A DNA stretch of 62,379 bases, filler included, from Chiloscyllium plagiosum (lineage: Eukaryota): the NCBI RefSeq assembly GCF_004010195.1. It is 4 parts of one record of this genome, joined end to end, with 100 filler letters (N's around TTAATTAATTAA, not from the genome) between each part and the next. Parts side by side here need not be neighbours in the genome. Positions count along the whole stretch, not along the records: positions 39,687 to 43,771 come from NC_057712.1; positions 43,872 to 62,379 come from NC_057712.1; 2 more parts are not named here. The stretch is one strand, 5' to 3'. Positions within the stretch are counted from its first letter, which is position 1. Each line of letters opens with the position of its first letter. The notes under the pieces are model-generated. The model was not told the origin of the DNA and ran no database searches. It saw only the letters and a program-made list of their open reading frames with translations. Shown piece after piece: positions 40,631 through 53,520 of this stretch. A program made the position numbers and the translations under genes.

Positions 40631-40838
40631 GACATCGTCAGTGTTCCGTTGAGTGACGTTGGTGGTTAATTTGTCATTGGCGGCGTTCTGGTGAGTGACA
40701 TCGGTGGTTTTATTTTTGTAAATATTTTTATTGAGACATCGTCAGTGTTCCGTTGAGTGACGTTGGTGGTTAATTTGTCATTGGCGGCGTTCTGGTGAGT
40801 GACATCGGTGGTTTTATTTTTGTAAATATTTTTATTGA
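40631..40838. repeat. Exact 104-bp tandem duplication spanning an L1 3' end
   Basis: 40631-40734 is repeated at 40735-40838. Confidence 0.9.
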
Positions 40839-42722
40839 GGAAAAAGATTTAAATTTTTTACGAAATCACAAAATCACTACAAACCAGTATAACAACCTTA
40901 TAATAAAGCGACAATAACAGTAAACAAACTACTACTCTACTCCACAAACCACTGAGGAGAAAGAAAAAAATCTACAAAAACCACAATTCCATAAATAACT
41001 AAAAAATAACTAAATTAAACCAAGGTAAATTAGATTAGATTCAGTTAAGTTACCGCACTAAGTGCAATCCCACCAAAGCTCCCCACCACCGGGAGCATCA
41101 GTAGGCATTTCCGGATTTGTTCGGAATTCTTCCTCCCAGGGGTCCTCGAACTGCCAGATATAGCCCTCATAAATACAGAAAGGCCCTGATCAATATAGCC
41201 GACAGGTCTGTATCTATATAATTCAGAAAGGACCGCCTCGTTCTATAAAACAATTCCGTTTTCTGGTGCACCATACTCATAAGGAAGTCAAGGGGGATGT
41301 GCTCCATAACTAATCTATGCCAGTCCCAGGGGATTCTTCGACAACCAGTGCATTAGAATGGTTTTCCTTGCACAGAATGAAAGAATATTAAACAGTTATT
41401 CCCATGCGCGTCCAAAGAAGGGAGATGTGGCAAGCCCAAAAGGAGGGACACCGCATCCACCTTAACTTCAGTTCCCAAAACCCCTTCCAAAACACTCGCT
41501 ATAGCACCCCAATACCTACGAAGCTTGTGACATGACCACAAGCAATGAATAAGAGTGCCATTGGGGATGCTCCGGTCTTAAATTTCGTAAGCCGCTCTGG
41601 TACCAAATGTGCCCTGTGACGTAGCTTCAATTGCATAGCCTGCATCCTACTACAAATCAAAATCTTCCTTATGTTCTCCCAAATTTCTCCCACATCTCTG
41701 ATGAGATTTCCACCCTCAATTCTTGAGTGCAGATTCCGCACAGCCACGCAATGTGCTTCTAAACATTACCTCCTAACAAGTGATAGAGGGTGCTGACTGA
41801 GAGAGCGCCTGTAGACTGAAGCACTCTCCTTCCATATCCGACTTATAGGGACGAACCATCAATGTAGTCTTTTTCTGTATAAAGTCCCTAACCTGAAAGT
41901 AATGCAAGAGTTACCTCATAGATAGTTCATATTTCTGTCTCAGCTGCTCAAAAGACATCATGACCTCCTCGTCAAATAAATCTCTCAAACAGAAGACTCC
42001 TCTTGACTCCCAGAGCTTAAAGCCAGAGTCTATTGACCCCAGCTGGAATCCTAACATTTCTACTGTGGGACTGAAAGGGGAAGATTTTTGTAAGTTTCCC
42101 TCATTTTGTCGCATCATTCTCCATGCTTTAACCGTGTTAAGGACAATCGGATTTCTGCAATGGTCCATAACAGTCCTCACCTTGTTCATAAACAACAAAT
42201 TGATGAGGGGGCATTTTGCCTGGGAGGCCTCGATGTCCAATCAGATTGACCGCAGGTCCTGGCAAGCCCAGTCAGCCACATAGGGTAGTAAGGAACTCAA
42301 TTCATATTTCTTAAAATCCAGGAAATTCAAACCTCCCATCCCCCATGGAAGCTGCAATTTGACAAGCTTAATAAGAGGCCGCCTATGATGCCAGATGAAA
42401 GATCCAAGCCAACTGTCAAGTCTCCACAGTGCTTGCCTAGGCAGCATCAAAGGGAATATTCACATGGGATATAATAAATGAGGAAGAACATTCGCTTTGA
42501 CCAGAGTTATTCTATCCAACCAGGATATCGGAAGATCTTCCCAGCACTGAAGGTTCTGTCTTATCTTCTCTAGCAACTGCACAAAGTTAGTTTTACATAA
42601 TTAATCGAAGACAGGGGTGATAAAAATGCCTAAGTACAAGAAACCTTCCTGTGATCACCTGAAAGGGAAACAAGTTCCATCCCCAAAATCGGATTTCTAG
42701 TCAGGCCCCGCCACAGGCATAG
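40815..42722 (-). mobile_element. L1-clade LINE ORF2 C-terminal part + 3'UTR
   Basis: YLGIFITP, SFIWHHRRPLIKLVKLQLP..GGL, QLKLRHRAHLVPERL, MWSCHKLRRYW (zf-RVT-like region). AATAAA/A-rich end. Confidence 0.85.
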
Positions 42723-42723
42723 C

Positions 42724-43771
42724 CTTTTTGTTTATAGATATTTTTATTAGAAATTTAACATTTTTACAAGTTTACAAACATAAACAATACTCTCAAATAT
42801 AAACATTTATATACAATTAAATCAAATATACAATAGCCAAAATTTAACAAAAGAAGAAAGAAAAATAACCGAAAAAGAAAAAAAAACTCAACTATCTACT
42901 AATCTAACCTATAACTAACCAGAGTGTATATTTAAGTCTCTTACATGCTCGGAATGTGTTAACATCAGATGTAATGAAACCCGTATTCGTGCGGGATTCC
43001 TCTCCTAAGGGGCCCCGGACCAGCCAGGTTTGTAATCTCAATTAAATAAAAGCCCTTGTTAGGATAGCCAAGATATCTGTATTTATGTAATTCAAGAAGG
43101 GCTGCCATATTTTATAAATTAATTCGGTCTTTCGGTGCACATATTTGTAAGGAGGTCAAGGGGAAGACATTCCATAATTAGTCTGTGCCAATTTGAAAGT
43201 CCAGGGGGGCCCTCAGCCACCCAGCTCACCAAAATATTTTTTCTTGCACAGAAAGAAAGAATAGAATATAGTCTCTTCCCGTGCATATCAGGGGAGAGTA
43301 AGTTCGCAAAGCCCAAAAGGAGAGATACAGGGTCCACTTTAATTTCCGTTCCTAAAATTTCTGTCAGGGTACTTGCTACTTTAGTCCAATATCTACGGAT
43401 CTTATGACAGGTCCATAAGCAATGTACAAGAGTGCCCACCTCTATTTTACATTTGGGACACATTGGAGATGCTCCTGCCTTAAATTTTGCCAATCGAACC
43501 AGTGCTATATGGGCCCTATGAAGTATCTTCAGCTGGATAGCCTGAGTTCTGTTACAGATGGTGATTCTTCTGGCGTTTTCCCAAATGTCATTCCACGTTT
43601 CTATAGAGATTTCTAGTCCCAAATCCTGATCCCATGTTTTAAGCAGATAATCCATATCTCCCGATACTTCATCATGTACCAAATGATAAATATTACTGAC
43701 GGAAGATACCCCCACTGGTCGTAGGACACTACATTCTCAATCGGATTTATAAAGACTATCTAATAACATAG
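42724..43771 (-). mobile_element. Second L1-clade LINE 3' end (different subfamily)
   Basis: 198-aa open frame W..DLGLEISIETWNDIW..IQLKILHRAHIA..CPKCKIEVGTLVHCLWTCHKIRRYW. AATAAA + A-rich tail at ~42724-42750. Confidence 0.88.
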
Positions 43772-43871
43772 NNNNNNNNNNNNNNNNNNNNNNNNNNNNN
43801 NNNNNNNNNNNNNNNTTAATTAATTAANNNNNNNNNNNNNNNNNNNNNNNNNNNNNNNNNNNNNNNNNNNN
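43772..43871. other. Artificial assembly spacer (N44-TTAATTAATTAA-N44)
   Basis: Same as 20171-20270. Confidence 0.95.
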
Positions 43872-45700
43872 TCCTGTAGCATTTGTATCCTGGAACATTA
43901 AGCTGCCAGTCCTGCCCATCCCTGAGCCATGTTTCTGTAATTGCTATGATATCTCAGTCCCATGTTCCTAACCATGCCCTGAGTTCATCTGCCTTCCCTG
44001 TTAGGCCCCTTGCATTGAAATAAATGCAGTTTAATTTATTAGTCCTACCTTGTCCCTGCCTGCCCTGACTGTTTGCTGAAAATGTGTTGCTGGAAAAGCG
44101 CAGCAGGTCAGGCAGCATCCAAGGAGCAGGAGAATCGACGTTTCGGGCATGAGCCCTTCAGGAAGGATTTCCTGAAGAAGGGCTCATGTCCGAAACATCG
44201 ATTCTCCTGCTCCTTGGATGCTGCCTGACCTGCTGCGCTTTTCCAGCAACACATTTTTAGCTCTGATCTCCAGCATCTGCAGTCCTCACTTTCTCCTCGA
44301 AGAATTTTGCCCTGACTGTTTGACTCATTTCTGTTCTCAGCTGTACCTGTCTCAGATTGATCTCTTTCCTCACTATCTCCCTGGGTCCCAACCTCCCACC
44401 CCACCAACCTTACTAGTTTAAATCCTCCCTAGCAAATTTCTAGCAAATTTCCCTGCCAGTATATTAGTCCCCTTCCAATTTAGGTGCAATCTGTCCCTCT
44501 TGTACAGGTCACTTCTGCCCCAAAAGAGATTCCAATGGTTCAAAAAAGTGAATCCTTCTCCCATACTCCAGCTCCTCAGCCATGCATTCATCTGCTCTAT
44601 CCTCCTATTCCTGCCCTCACTAGCTCGTAGCACTGGGAGTTATCCAGATATTACTAACCTTGAGGACCTCCTTTTTAAATTTCTGCTTAACTCTCTGTAA
44701 TGTCCCTTCAGAGCTTCAACCTTTTCCCTTCCAATGTCGTTGGTTCCAAAGTGGACATTGACCTCCTGCTGGCCCTCTCCCCCATGAGAACATTCTGCAC
44801 CCTCTCTGAGACATCCTTGATCCTGGCACCAGGGAAACAACACACCATTCTGCTTTTTCTCTGGCCACAGAAACGTCTGTTTGTACCTCTGACTACAGAA
44901 TGCCCTCACACAATTGATCTCTTGGAACCTGACTTACCCCATGTTGCATTACAGCCAGTCTCAATACCAGAAACTTGGCTGTTCATGCCACGTTCCCCTG
45001 AGAATCCATCACCCCCTACATTTTCCAAAACAGCATACCTGTTTGAAATGGGTATATCCACAAAAGAGTCCTGCCCTCGGTGCCGACTTCTCTCACCCTT
45101 CCGGGAGTTAACCCATCTATATGACTGTATCTGAGACTTTCCCCCTTTCTATAACTGCCATCCATCACATACTGTTGCTGTTGCAAATTCCTCATCGCTT
45201 CTATCTGTCTCTCCAACCGATCCACTTGATCTAATAAGATTTGCATCCAACAGCATTTATGGCAGATATAATCCGCAGTAACCCTTAAACTCTCTTTAAA
45301 CTCCCACATCTGACAAGAAGTTCATATCACTGCAAAGGCCATTTTTGCTGTTTCACAATCTACAAACCCAGAAAATAACACCGTCTTATTCCTCTACAAA
45401 CACTGCCCCAGGGGTTAAATTAATAGCTATGGCTTATATTTTAAGTTTCATCAAGAGACTTATCTCCAAAAACATATAATCAAGAAAGAATCCACTATAC
45501 TCACTATGCAGCCCCTTCTCTTGGACAGACTTAAAACAACAATTAACTTATCTGATTCTGTGTTGTGAACTTCGCCCAACAGTTCCTCCAAGATTAGTTG
45601 TGAATTTCACTGTTGTTAATTTTCCCAGATACACTCCGGTGTCCAGTGATACACGAATTCAAACAGCAAAGGCGGAAACTATACAGGTTCTTTCCCTCTC
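43872..45700 (-). mobile_element. CR1 LINE 5' part (5'UTR, ORF1 zinc-finger + SGNH, start of ORF2 endonuclease)
   Basis: DYICHKCCWMQILLDQVDRLE, VHFGTNDIGR, RNRRIEQMNAWLRSW..LHLNWKGTNILAG. ORF2 start CIYFNARG..DIIAITETWL. Confidence 0.87.
44076..44307. mobile_element. 232-bp non-coding palindromic element: two inverted hammerhead modules, 15-bp TSD
   Basis: 44076-44164 is the reverse complement of ~44169-44261. TGCCCTGACTGTTTG at 44061-44075 and 44308-44322. Confidence 0.88.
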
Positions 45701-46260
45701 TCGTCTGCACTAATCCATAGTCTTGAATTTTATGACACTTTAAATGCTATTGAAGTACTTTTGCAAGATTGTGAGGTTTCTTGCCTCAACTGCCCTCCCA
45801 AGCAGTGCATTCCAGACTCCCAATATCCTATGTGAAGAGGTTTTTCCTTAAATCTCCTCAACATCTCCTGCCTTTCACTTTAAAATGATGCTCCTTTGTT
45901 ATTGACCTTTTGACTCAGAGGAACAGCTGCCTTCTGTTCACCTGTCCATACCCATCATAATTTCATATAGCTTTATAATATCCCTCCCAACCTTTACCAG
46001 TCCAAAAAAAACAAACCCAAGCTTATCCAGACTCTTTTCATTGCTGAAATGCTCCATTCCAGGCAACATCCTAGTGAATATCTTCTGCATCCCCACCAGG
46101 ACAGACTCATTCTTCCTACAGGGTGCTGACCAGAACTGTACACATTACTGCAGCTGTGGCATCACTACACTTCTGCACAGCTCCAATGCAAACTCCTGCT
46201 CTTATAATCTATGTCATGACAGATAAAGAAAAAAGTTGAGAAAAATCAAATACATTTCAA

Positions 46261-48596
46261 GTCAAAAAGTGTGGTCCTGGAAAAACACAACTAATTAGGC
46301 AGCATCTGACGAGCAGATGTATCAACGTTTTGAGCATAAGGAGGAGTCCAAGGGGGATTAGAGATAAATGGGAAGGGGCTGGGGCTGGGAGGAAGGTAGC
46401 TGGGAACGCAATAAGTAGATTAAGGTAGGGGATGATGGTGATAGGTTAGAGAGGAGGGTGGAGTGGATAGGTGGGAAGGAAGATGGTCAGGTAGGACAGT
46501 TCAAAAGGGAGGTACTGAGTTGGAAAGTTGGATATGGGATAAGGTGGGTGCAGGGGAGATGAGGAAACTGGTGAAATCCATATTGATCTCATGTGTTGGA
46601 GGGTCCCAAGGCAGAGGATGAGGTATCTTCCTCCAGATGTCAGGTGGGTAGAGTTTGGCAGTGGAAGAGGCCAAGGACTTGGTGCGGGTGTCCTAGAGAT
46701 GTTCTCTGAAACATTCCGCAAATTGACGTCCTGTCCCCCAAATGTAGAGAAGACCACATCAAGAGCAACGGACGGAGTAGATGACATGTGTGGAAGTACA
46801 GATAAATCTCTGTCTGATGTGAAAGGAACATTTGGGGCCATGGACAGAGGTGAGGAGGAGGGTGTGGGCACAGGTTTTGCACTTCTTGCAATGGCAAAGG
46901 AAGGTGTCAGAAGTGGAGCATGGACCCAAGAGAGTCGCGGAAGGAATAGTCTCTGCCAAATGCAGATAGAGGTGGGGAGGGAAATTTATCCCTGGTGGTG
47001 GGTCTTTTTGTAAGTGACTGAAATGGCGGAGGCTGATGCATTGTATCCGGAGATTGGTGGGGTGGAAGGTGAGGACCAGGAGAATTCTATCTTTCTGTTA
47101 TTGGAGGGGTGGAGTTCAAGGGCGGAGGTGCAGGAAGTGGAGGAGATGCTTTGGAGAGCATTTTGACCACGTGGGAAGGGAAATTGCAGTTCCTGAAGAA
47201 GGAGGCCATCTGGGGTGTTCTATGTTGGAATTGGTCCTCCTGGGAGTAGATGCGGCATAGGCAATTGGGAATAATGGATGGTGTTTGTCAGTTAGGGGGA
47301 TGGTGGGGTGGTAGGAGGGAAAGGAGGTGCAGTCCAGGTAGCTGTGGGAGTCAATGGGTTTGAAGAAAATGTCCGTTTTGGGTTGGATGGTCCGAGTTCA
47401 CCTGCACCCTCTCCCTCCCCTTCCTGGACCCTCATCTCCATCTACAGTGACCGACTCAATGTTGCCATATACTTCCAACCCAGCAATTCCCACAACTACC
47501 TGGACTATGCCTCCTTGCACCCTGCCTCCTGCAAAAACGCTATCCCTTAGTCCTAATTCCTCTGCCTCTGCAGCACCTGCTCCCATGAGGACCAATTCTA
47601 ACATAGAACATCCCAGGTGGCCTCCTTCTTCAGGTACTGCAATTTCCCCTCCCACATGGTCAACAATGCCCTCCAATGCATGTCCTCAACTTCTCGCATC
47701 TCCTTCATTGAACCCCACTCCTCCAATCGCAACAAGGACAGAACCCTCTGGTCCTCACCTTCCACTCCACCAACTTCTGGATACAACACATCATCCTCTG
47801 TTATTTCAGCCACCAACAAACAGACCCCACCACCAGCGATATATTTCCCTCCCCACTCTTATATGCATTCCACAGAGACCATTTCCTCTGCGACTCCTTT
47901 GTTCGGTCCATGCCCCCCAACCAACGCACCCTCCACTCCCGGCATCTCCCCTGCCACTGCAGGAAGTGCAAAACATGCGCCCACACCGGCCCCCTCACCT
48001 CTGTCCAAGGCTCCAAAGAATCCTTCCACATCCAACAGAAATTTATCTGTACTTCCACACACGTCATTTACTGTGTCTGTTGCTCTCGGTGTGGTCTCCT
48101 CTGCATTGGGTGGGACAGGACGTCAATTTGCAGAACGTTTCGGAAAACATCTCTGGGACACATGCACTAAACAACCCCACCGCCCTGTAGCAAACACTTT
48201 AACTCCCCCCTCCCACTCCACCAAGTACATGCAAGTCCTGGGCGTCCTCCACTGCCGAACTCTAGCCACCCAATGCCAGGAGGAAGAATGCCGCATCTTT
48301 TTGCCTTGATACCGTCCATTCACATGGGATAATTGTCGATTTTACCAGTTTCCTCATCTTCCCTGCCCCCACCCCACCTTCATCTACGTATCACATTCCC
48401 AGCTACCTGCCACCCCCCAGCACCAACCCCCTTCCATTTATCTCCCAGCCCTCTTGGGCCAACCCCATTCCTGGTGAACAGTTTATGCTTGAAACGTCAA
48501 CTCTCCTGCTCCTCAGATGCTGTCTGATCGCCTGCGCTTTTCCAGAACCATACATTTTATCTCTGAACTCCAGCATCTGCAGTCCTCACTTTCTCC
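46261..48596. mobile_element. Head-to-head inverted PLE insertion (older), diverged 14-bp TSD
   Basis: Minus arm 46261-~47380 and plus arm ~47410-48596, with CHCRKCKTCAHT..VIYCVCCSRCGLLCIG (GIY-YIG). CAAATACATTTCAA at 46247-46260 vs CAAATAAATTTCCA at 48596-48609. Confidence 0.82.
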
Positions 48597-49630
48597 AAAT
48601 AAATTTCCATCCTTCTTGTCAAAATAAAACAGAAATGGACAACTAAAGAGGTAGGTGACAATATAAAATTAAAGAAAAACGTAAAAAATAGCAAAAACAA
48701 AGTACATATTGAAGTGAAAGGGAAAGATTCAAAAAGCAGCCCAGGGCACCAAGGCAGTAAAGCAGACAGTAACAACTCCAAAAAGCAAAAAAGGGACATC
48801 AAAATTAGCCCGAACATATATAATTAAATCAAGAGAAAGAGGATGGTCAGGAATTTATGCCATAATTTTAAGTATGATATTCCCCAGCATACTACTGAAA
48901 CTAGGAAAAATGCTTATGGGCTACATTCTTATTTATCAGCCTTCTAAAATGAAACTTGATTAGTTTGCCAAACTGAGAGACAAAACCAACTGTTTTGGAG
49001 AGAAACAACATAGATAATACAGATCATCAGAAACTGCCAGAATTTTAGCTTATGATGACTAGGCTTAGATTGAATTAAGGTGAATTAGAGAGTTCCAACA
49101 ATATATTAAACAGATTTTGGGGGTTTCCTGTGACTAGTAAACCTGCCTGCAATGACAATGTACATAGTAGGTATGAGAGCACCTTGACAGCTTTATTGAT
49201 GCTACTAAACCTTTACGGGCGTTGTCCTGAGTGCTAATCTGTTAACATTGCCAGGCTTTGTAATCTCTGTTTATTAATTCCTGAGATGGTAACCATGGAA
49301 CAAAAATAATTTCCTCCATCTGTTCATTGTCCAGAGGTCCCTTAAGGCAGTACCAAACCCCTCAGTACCCTCTCAGTTGTTTCACCTGTTCCACTGTTAA
49401 CCACTGTTTTGTACCTATTACAGCCAGAGTTCACCTCTCACATCCCTTATCTAAACTTCTGTACTGGCAGGCAAGCCATTTGGGCTGCAGATAGCACGAG
49501 CATAACTATAATCACCAGGTAATATGAAACAGGAGTGTTCATCCTATATTCTCATTTCTGGGAAATGCCAAATTTATAGCGATACTATATGTTTCAGATG
49601 AACCACAAAGATCTTGTATCGTGCACTTAC

Positions 49631-49773
49631 TTTATTTTGTTTAGCAATGGTGTCCACAAGGAAGTTCGTCCTAACATTGTCGACATTTGGTACTAGGATT
49701 GAATTATAGTCTGGCTCACTGTCAGTTGGATATAAATATTCTTGAACCCAAACTTTCCAGTGCTCCCATTCAC
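49631..49773 (-). CDS. DNAH8: Axonemal dynein heavy chain exon (just before the AAA3 P-loop)
   Basis: AG/GTAAGT boundaries, 143 bp, phase 1 to 0. (G)[47 protein letters not shown]. In frame with the upstream exon. Confidence 0.88.
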
Positions 49774-50899
49774 CTGACAAATCAGACAAAGCAAGATACT
49801 GTTTAAACAAGGATGTTGGGATAAATCAATGTTTGGATCCAAAATACAACACAAGTCACCAAAACAAACAGATATTTGAGAACAGAAGAAGACCATTTGA
49901 GGCTGCAAAGCTCTTCGAGCCTGCTCTGTCATTCAACTGGATCATGCTGTTCGCTGTTTGGTAGTATAGAACTTGAGAATAATTGAGAAATAATACATTT
50001 GTCAAAGCTTTTTGTCTTGCGCCCATCAGAATACAAATACAAAGGGAAAGCAAACATTTATACTGCATGAAAGAAGAGCGCTGATTGGTTGGAATGTGCC
50101 CAGTGATTGGCAGATACATTATTATGAAAATTTCATCCATTAATGTTGATTGACAGTTAACTGATAGGCTTTGTTCAAATCTTAAATCAGGCAGGTTGAA
50201 TCTGATTGGTGAGAGCATTGCCCTGATAAATGAACCAGAAAATGATGATCACCTATTTTGTTGAGTTGGAACAGATGCAGTGCTTACATGTTCTTTCCAT
50301 CTGCAAAGAACAGGGCCTTGTGTATGCATGTGAATATACACATGTGCCATGCTGTGAATCCAATTGACAATCATAAATTTGTTGTGAGTGTAATGCTTCA
50401 CACACTTGTAAGTTTTGATCAAATGCTATCCATTTGCAGAATCACAGCTAAAGTTGGACACTGTTTTGAATTTTACAAGAGCAGGCTGGTTGGACATAGA
50501 CTATATTTGCTGTGACGAACAGATGATGGGATCTGCTGCTTGATCCAATCCTTTGGGATGTACAGCCACGTACCTGGCACCAAACTGTAAATGAAATCCA
50601 TACACCACATTGCTGCTGTGAATGAAAGGCAGATTTAAGGAGTTGTGGAATTCCTGATCAGTTAATTAAAGAAAGGAGTATAAGTTGGGTGAAGTGAAAA
50701 TTAGATGCACAGAAGGAGAGAAATATGAAAGCTAAAAATAGCAGAATTCTGTAGAATTTTCCAGTCATGTGGTAACTAGGTATGGATGGGTGTTGGGAGG
50801 TGGCAAGGTAGAGGGGCTGAGTGAGAAGAATGATTTAGTTGAATGATTCTGCACTGCATTTCTGCTCAAGATTTATTGCTTAAAGCAACACCATCCACT

Positions 50900-52930
50900 C
50901 CACAAAGCTGAGCAGTCAGCCAGGTTCAATGGAGAGTGCAGGAGAACATGCCAGGAGCTGCACCAGGCATACCTCAAAATAAGGTGTCAACTCGGTGAAG
51001 CTAATAAACAGGACTACTTGCATGCCAAACAACATAAGCAGCAAGTGACAGTGCTAAGTGATCCCAACAAAGCAGATCTAAGTTCTGCATTTCTGCCATA
51101 TCCAGTTGTGAACGGTGGTGGACAACTAAATAACTCACTGGAAGAGGAGGCTCCACAAATATCCCCATCTTCAATGATGGAAGAGCCCAGCACATGAGAG
51201 CAACAGATAATGCTGAAACATTCACAGCAATCTTCAGTCAGAAATGCCGAGTGGATGATCCATTTCGGCCTCCTGCAGTGGTCCCCATCCTGACAGATAC
51301 CCATCTTCAGCCAATTCGATTCACTCCATGTGATATCAAAAAACAGTTGGAGACACTGGATAGTGCAAACTGACAATATTCCGGCAATAGTACCAGCAAT
51401 AGTACTGAAGACTTGTGCTCCAGAACTTACCAATTCCCAAGCCAAGCTCTTCTAGTACAGTTACAACACTGGCATCTACCCAACAATGTGAAAATTGCCC
51501 AAGTATGTCCTGTACATAAAAAACAGGAAAAATCCAACCCAACATGATGGCATGTTGGGAAAAATCCAACCCAACATGCCATCAGTCAATTCCCAATCAT
51601 CGGTAAAGTGATGGAAAGTGTCATCAACTGTGCTATCAAGCAGCACTTGCTAAGCAATAACCTGCTCAGTGATGCCAAGTTTTGGTTCCACCAGGGTCAC
51701 TCTGCTCCTGATCTCATTATAGCCTTGGTTCAAACATGGACAAAAGAACTGAATTCCAGAAGTGAGGTGAGAGTGGTAGCATTTGACATTAAGCTGCATT
51801 TGATCTACTCTGGCATCAAGGAGACCTAGCAAAACTGGAATCAAAGGTGTCAGGGACAAACTCTCTACTAGTTGGAGTCATACCTAGCACATTGAGATGA
51901 CTGAGCTTCCACAATCATCTGCCAGCTCCAGGACATCTCTGCAGGATTCACTCAGGGTAGTCTCCTAGGCTCAACCATCTTCAGCTGTGTCATCAATGAA
52001 CTTCTCTCCATTATAAGGTCAGAAGTCAGGATGTTCGCTGATGATTGCACAATGTTCAGCACCATTCGCATCTCCTCAGATACTGAAGCAATCTGTATCC
52101 AAATGCAACAAAATTTGGACAATATCCAAGCTTGGGCTGACAAGTGGCAAGTAACATTCACGCCACACAAACGCTAGGCTATGACCATCACCAACAACAG
52201 ACAATCTAACGATCTACCCACCAAATTCAATGGTGTTACCATCACTGAATGCCCCACTATCAACATCCTGGGAATTATCAGTGATCGGAAACTTAATTCG
52301 ATGCACCACATAAACACAACGGCTACAAGAGCAGGGGTCAGAGGCTAGGAATTCCGCGGCGAGTAACTCAGGTCATAACTCCCCAAAGCATGTCCTTCAC
52401 CTACAAGGCACAAGTCAGGAATGTGATGGAATACTCCCTACTGGTCTGGATGAGTGCAGTTCCAACAACACTCGAAAAGCTTGACAGCATCCAGGACGAA
52501 ATAGTCTGCTTGATAGGCACTACCACAAGCATCCACTCCCTCCACTACCGACACTCTGTAGCAGCAATGTGTACTATCTACAAGACAGACTGCAGAAATT
52601 GACCTAAGATCCTTAGATAGCATCTTTCAAATCTACGACCACTTCGATCTCGAAGAACAAGGGCAGCAGATACGTGGTAATACCACCACCTTTAAGTTCC
52701 CCTCCAAGCCACTCACCATCCCGACTCAGAAATATATCCCCATTCCTTCACTGTTGCTGGGTCAAAATCCTGGAATTCCCTCCCTAATGGCATTATGGGT
52801 CAACCCGCAGCAGGTGGACTGCAGCAGTTCAACAGGCAGCTCATCACCACCTTCTCAAGAGCAACTAGGGATGGGCAATAAATGCTGCCCAGCCAATGAC
52901 GCCCACATCCCACAAATGAATTAAAATAAA
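50900..52930 (+). mobile_element. CR1/L2-group LINE, RT to 3' tail
   Basis: MESVINCAIKQHLLSNNLLSDAKFWF..VAFDIK, MFADDCTMF, YKAQVRNVMEYS. Intact-looking 3' tail. Confidence 0.85.
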
Positions 52931-53350
52931 GGTGGTCAAGGCCTCTATTAGCAACAACATGCTGATGGAGCATCCATGTGCTAGACCTTGGGTGAGTTAT
53001 GGGACTGCAGCCTGAAGGTGGTGCACACTGCTGTGCACTGTAAGGAAAATACATTGCAAACTAGTTTTATTTGATCAGATTGCTCCAATACGTTCTGCTG
53101 CACAGGCTCAGAGTTCTGAAATTCCCAACCCCTCTCCCAACTAGCTCGATCTGTCCCCTTCTTTAGCTTGGTATTTTTGTGTATGTTCCAATGAGGACAA
53201 AAACCTTCAACAAAATGTGGCTTCCTTTTCAGAAATAAGAAAGGTGACTCTGTTAGTTAATGATATTAATAGCATAAGAGAGGGGGATGACGTAAGTTGA
53301 GGACAAAGTCAGAAGTTACACGACACCAGGTTATAGTCCAACAAGTTTAT

Positions 53351-53520
53351 GAATTGAATTGAATTGAATTTATTGTCATGTGTACCGAGGCACAGTGAAA
53401 AGCTTTGTCTTGTGAGCAATAAGGGAGATCACAGACTAAAGTAGCATATACAGTAAAAATAGGTAAACAACGGCAAAAACAAAAACACTGGTACAAGCGA
53501 ATGTTAAGAGTTTGCTTGTC
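53351..53520 (-). mobile_element. Short LINE 3' tail with (ATTCA)n, inserted in a decayed PLE hammerhead end (53305-53575)
   Basis: CAAGTTTAT duplicated at both sides. Host is homologous to 838-895. Confidence 0.55.

Noticed and set aside
47354..48309. Pro/Thr-rich 278-aa and 230-aa ORFs
   Set aside because: Frameshifted readings of the decayed PLE plus arm.
49996..50032. Possible further hammerhead family (minus strand CTGATGG GC-GCAAG-AC AAAAAGCTTTGAC)
   Set aside because: Two core positions and stems I and II are mismatched, and there is no intact second copy in the window to confirm it.
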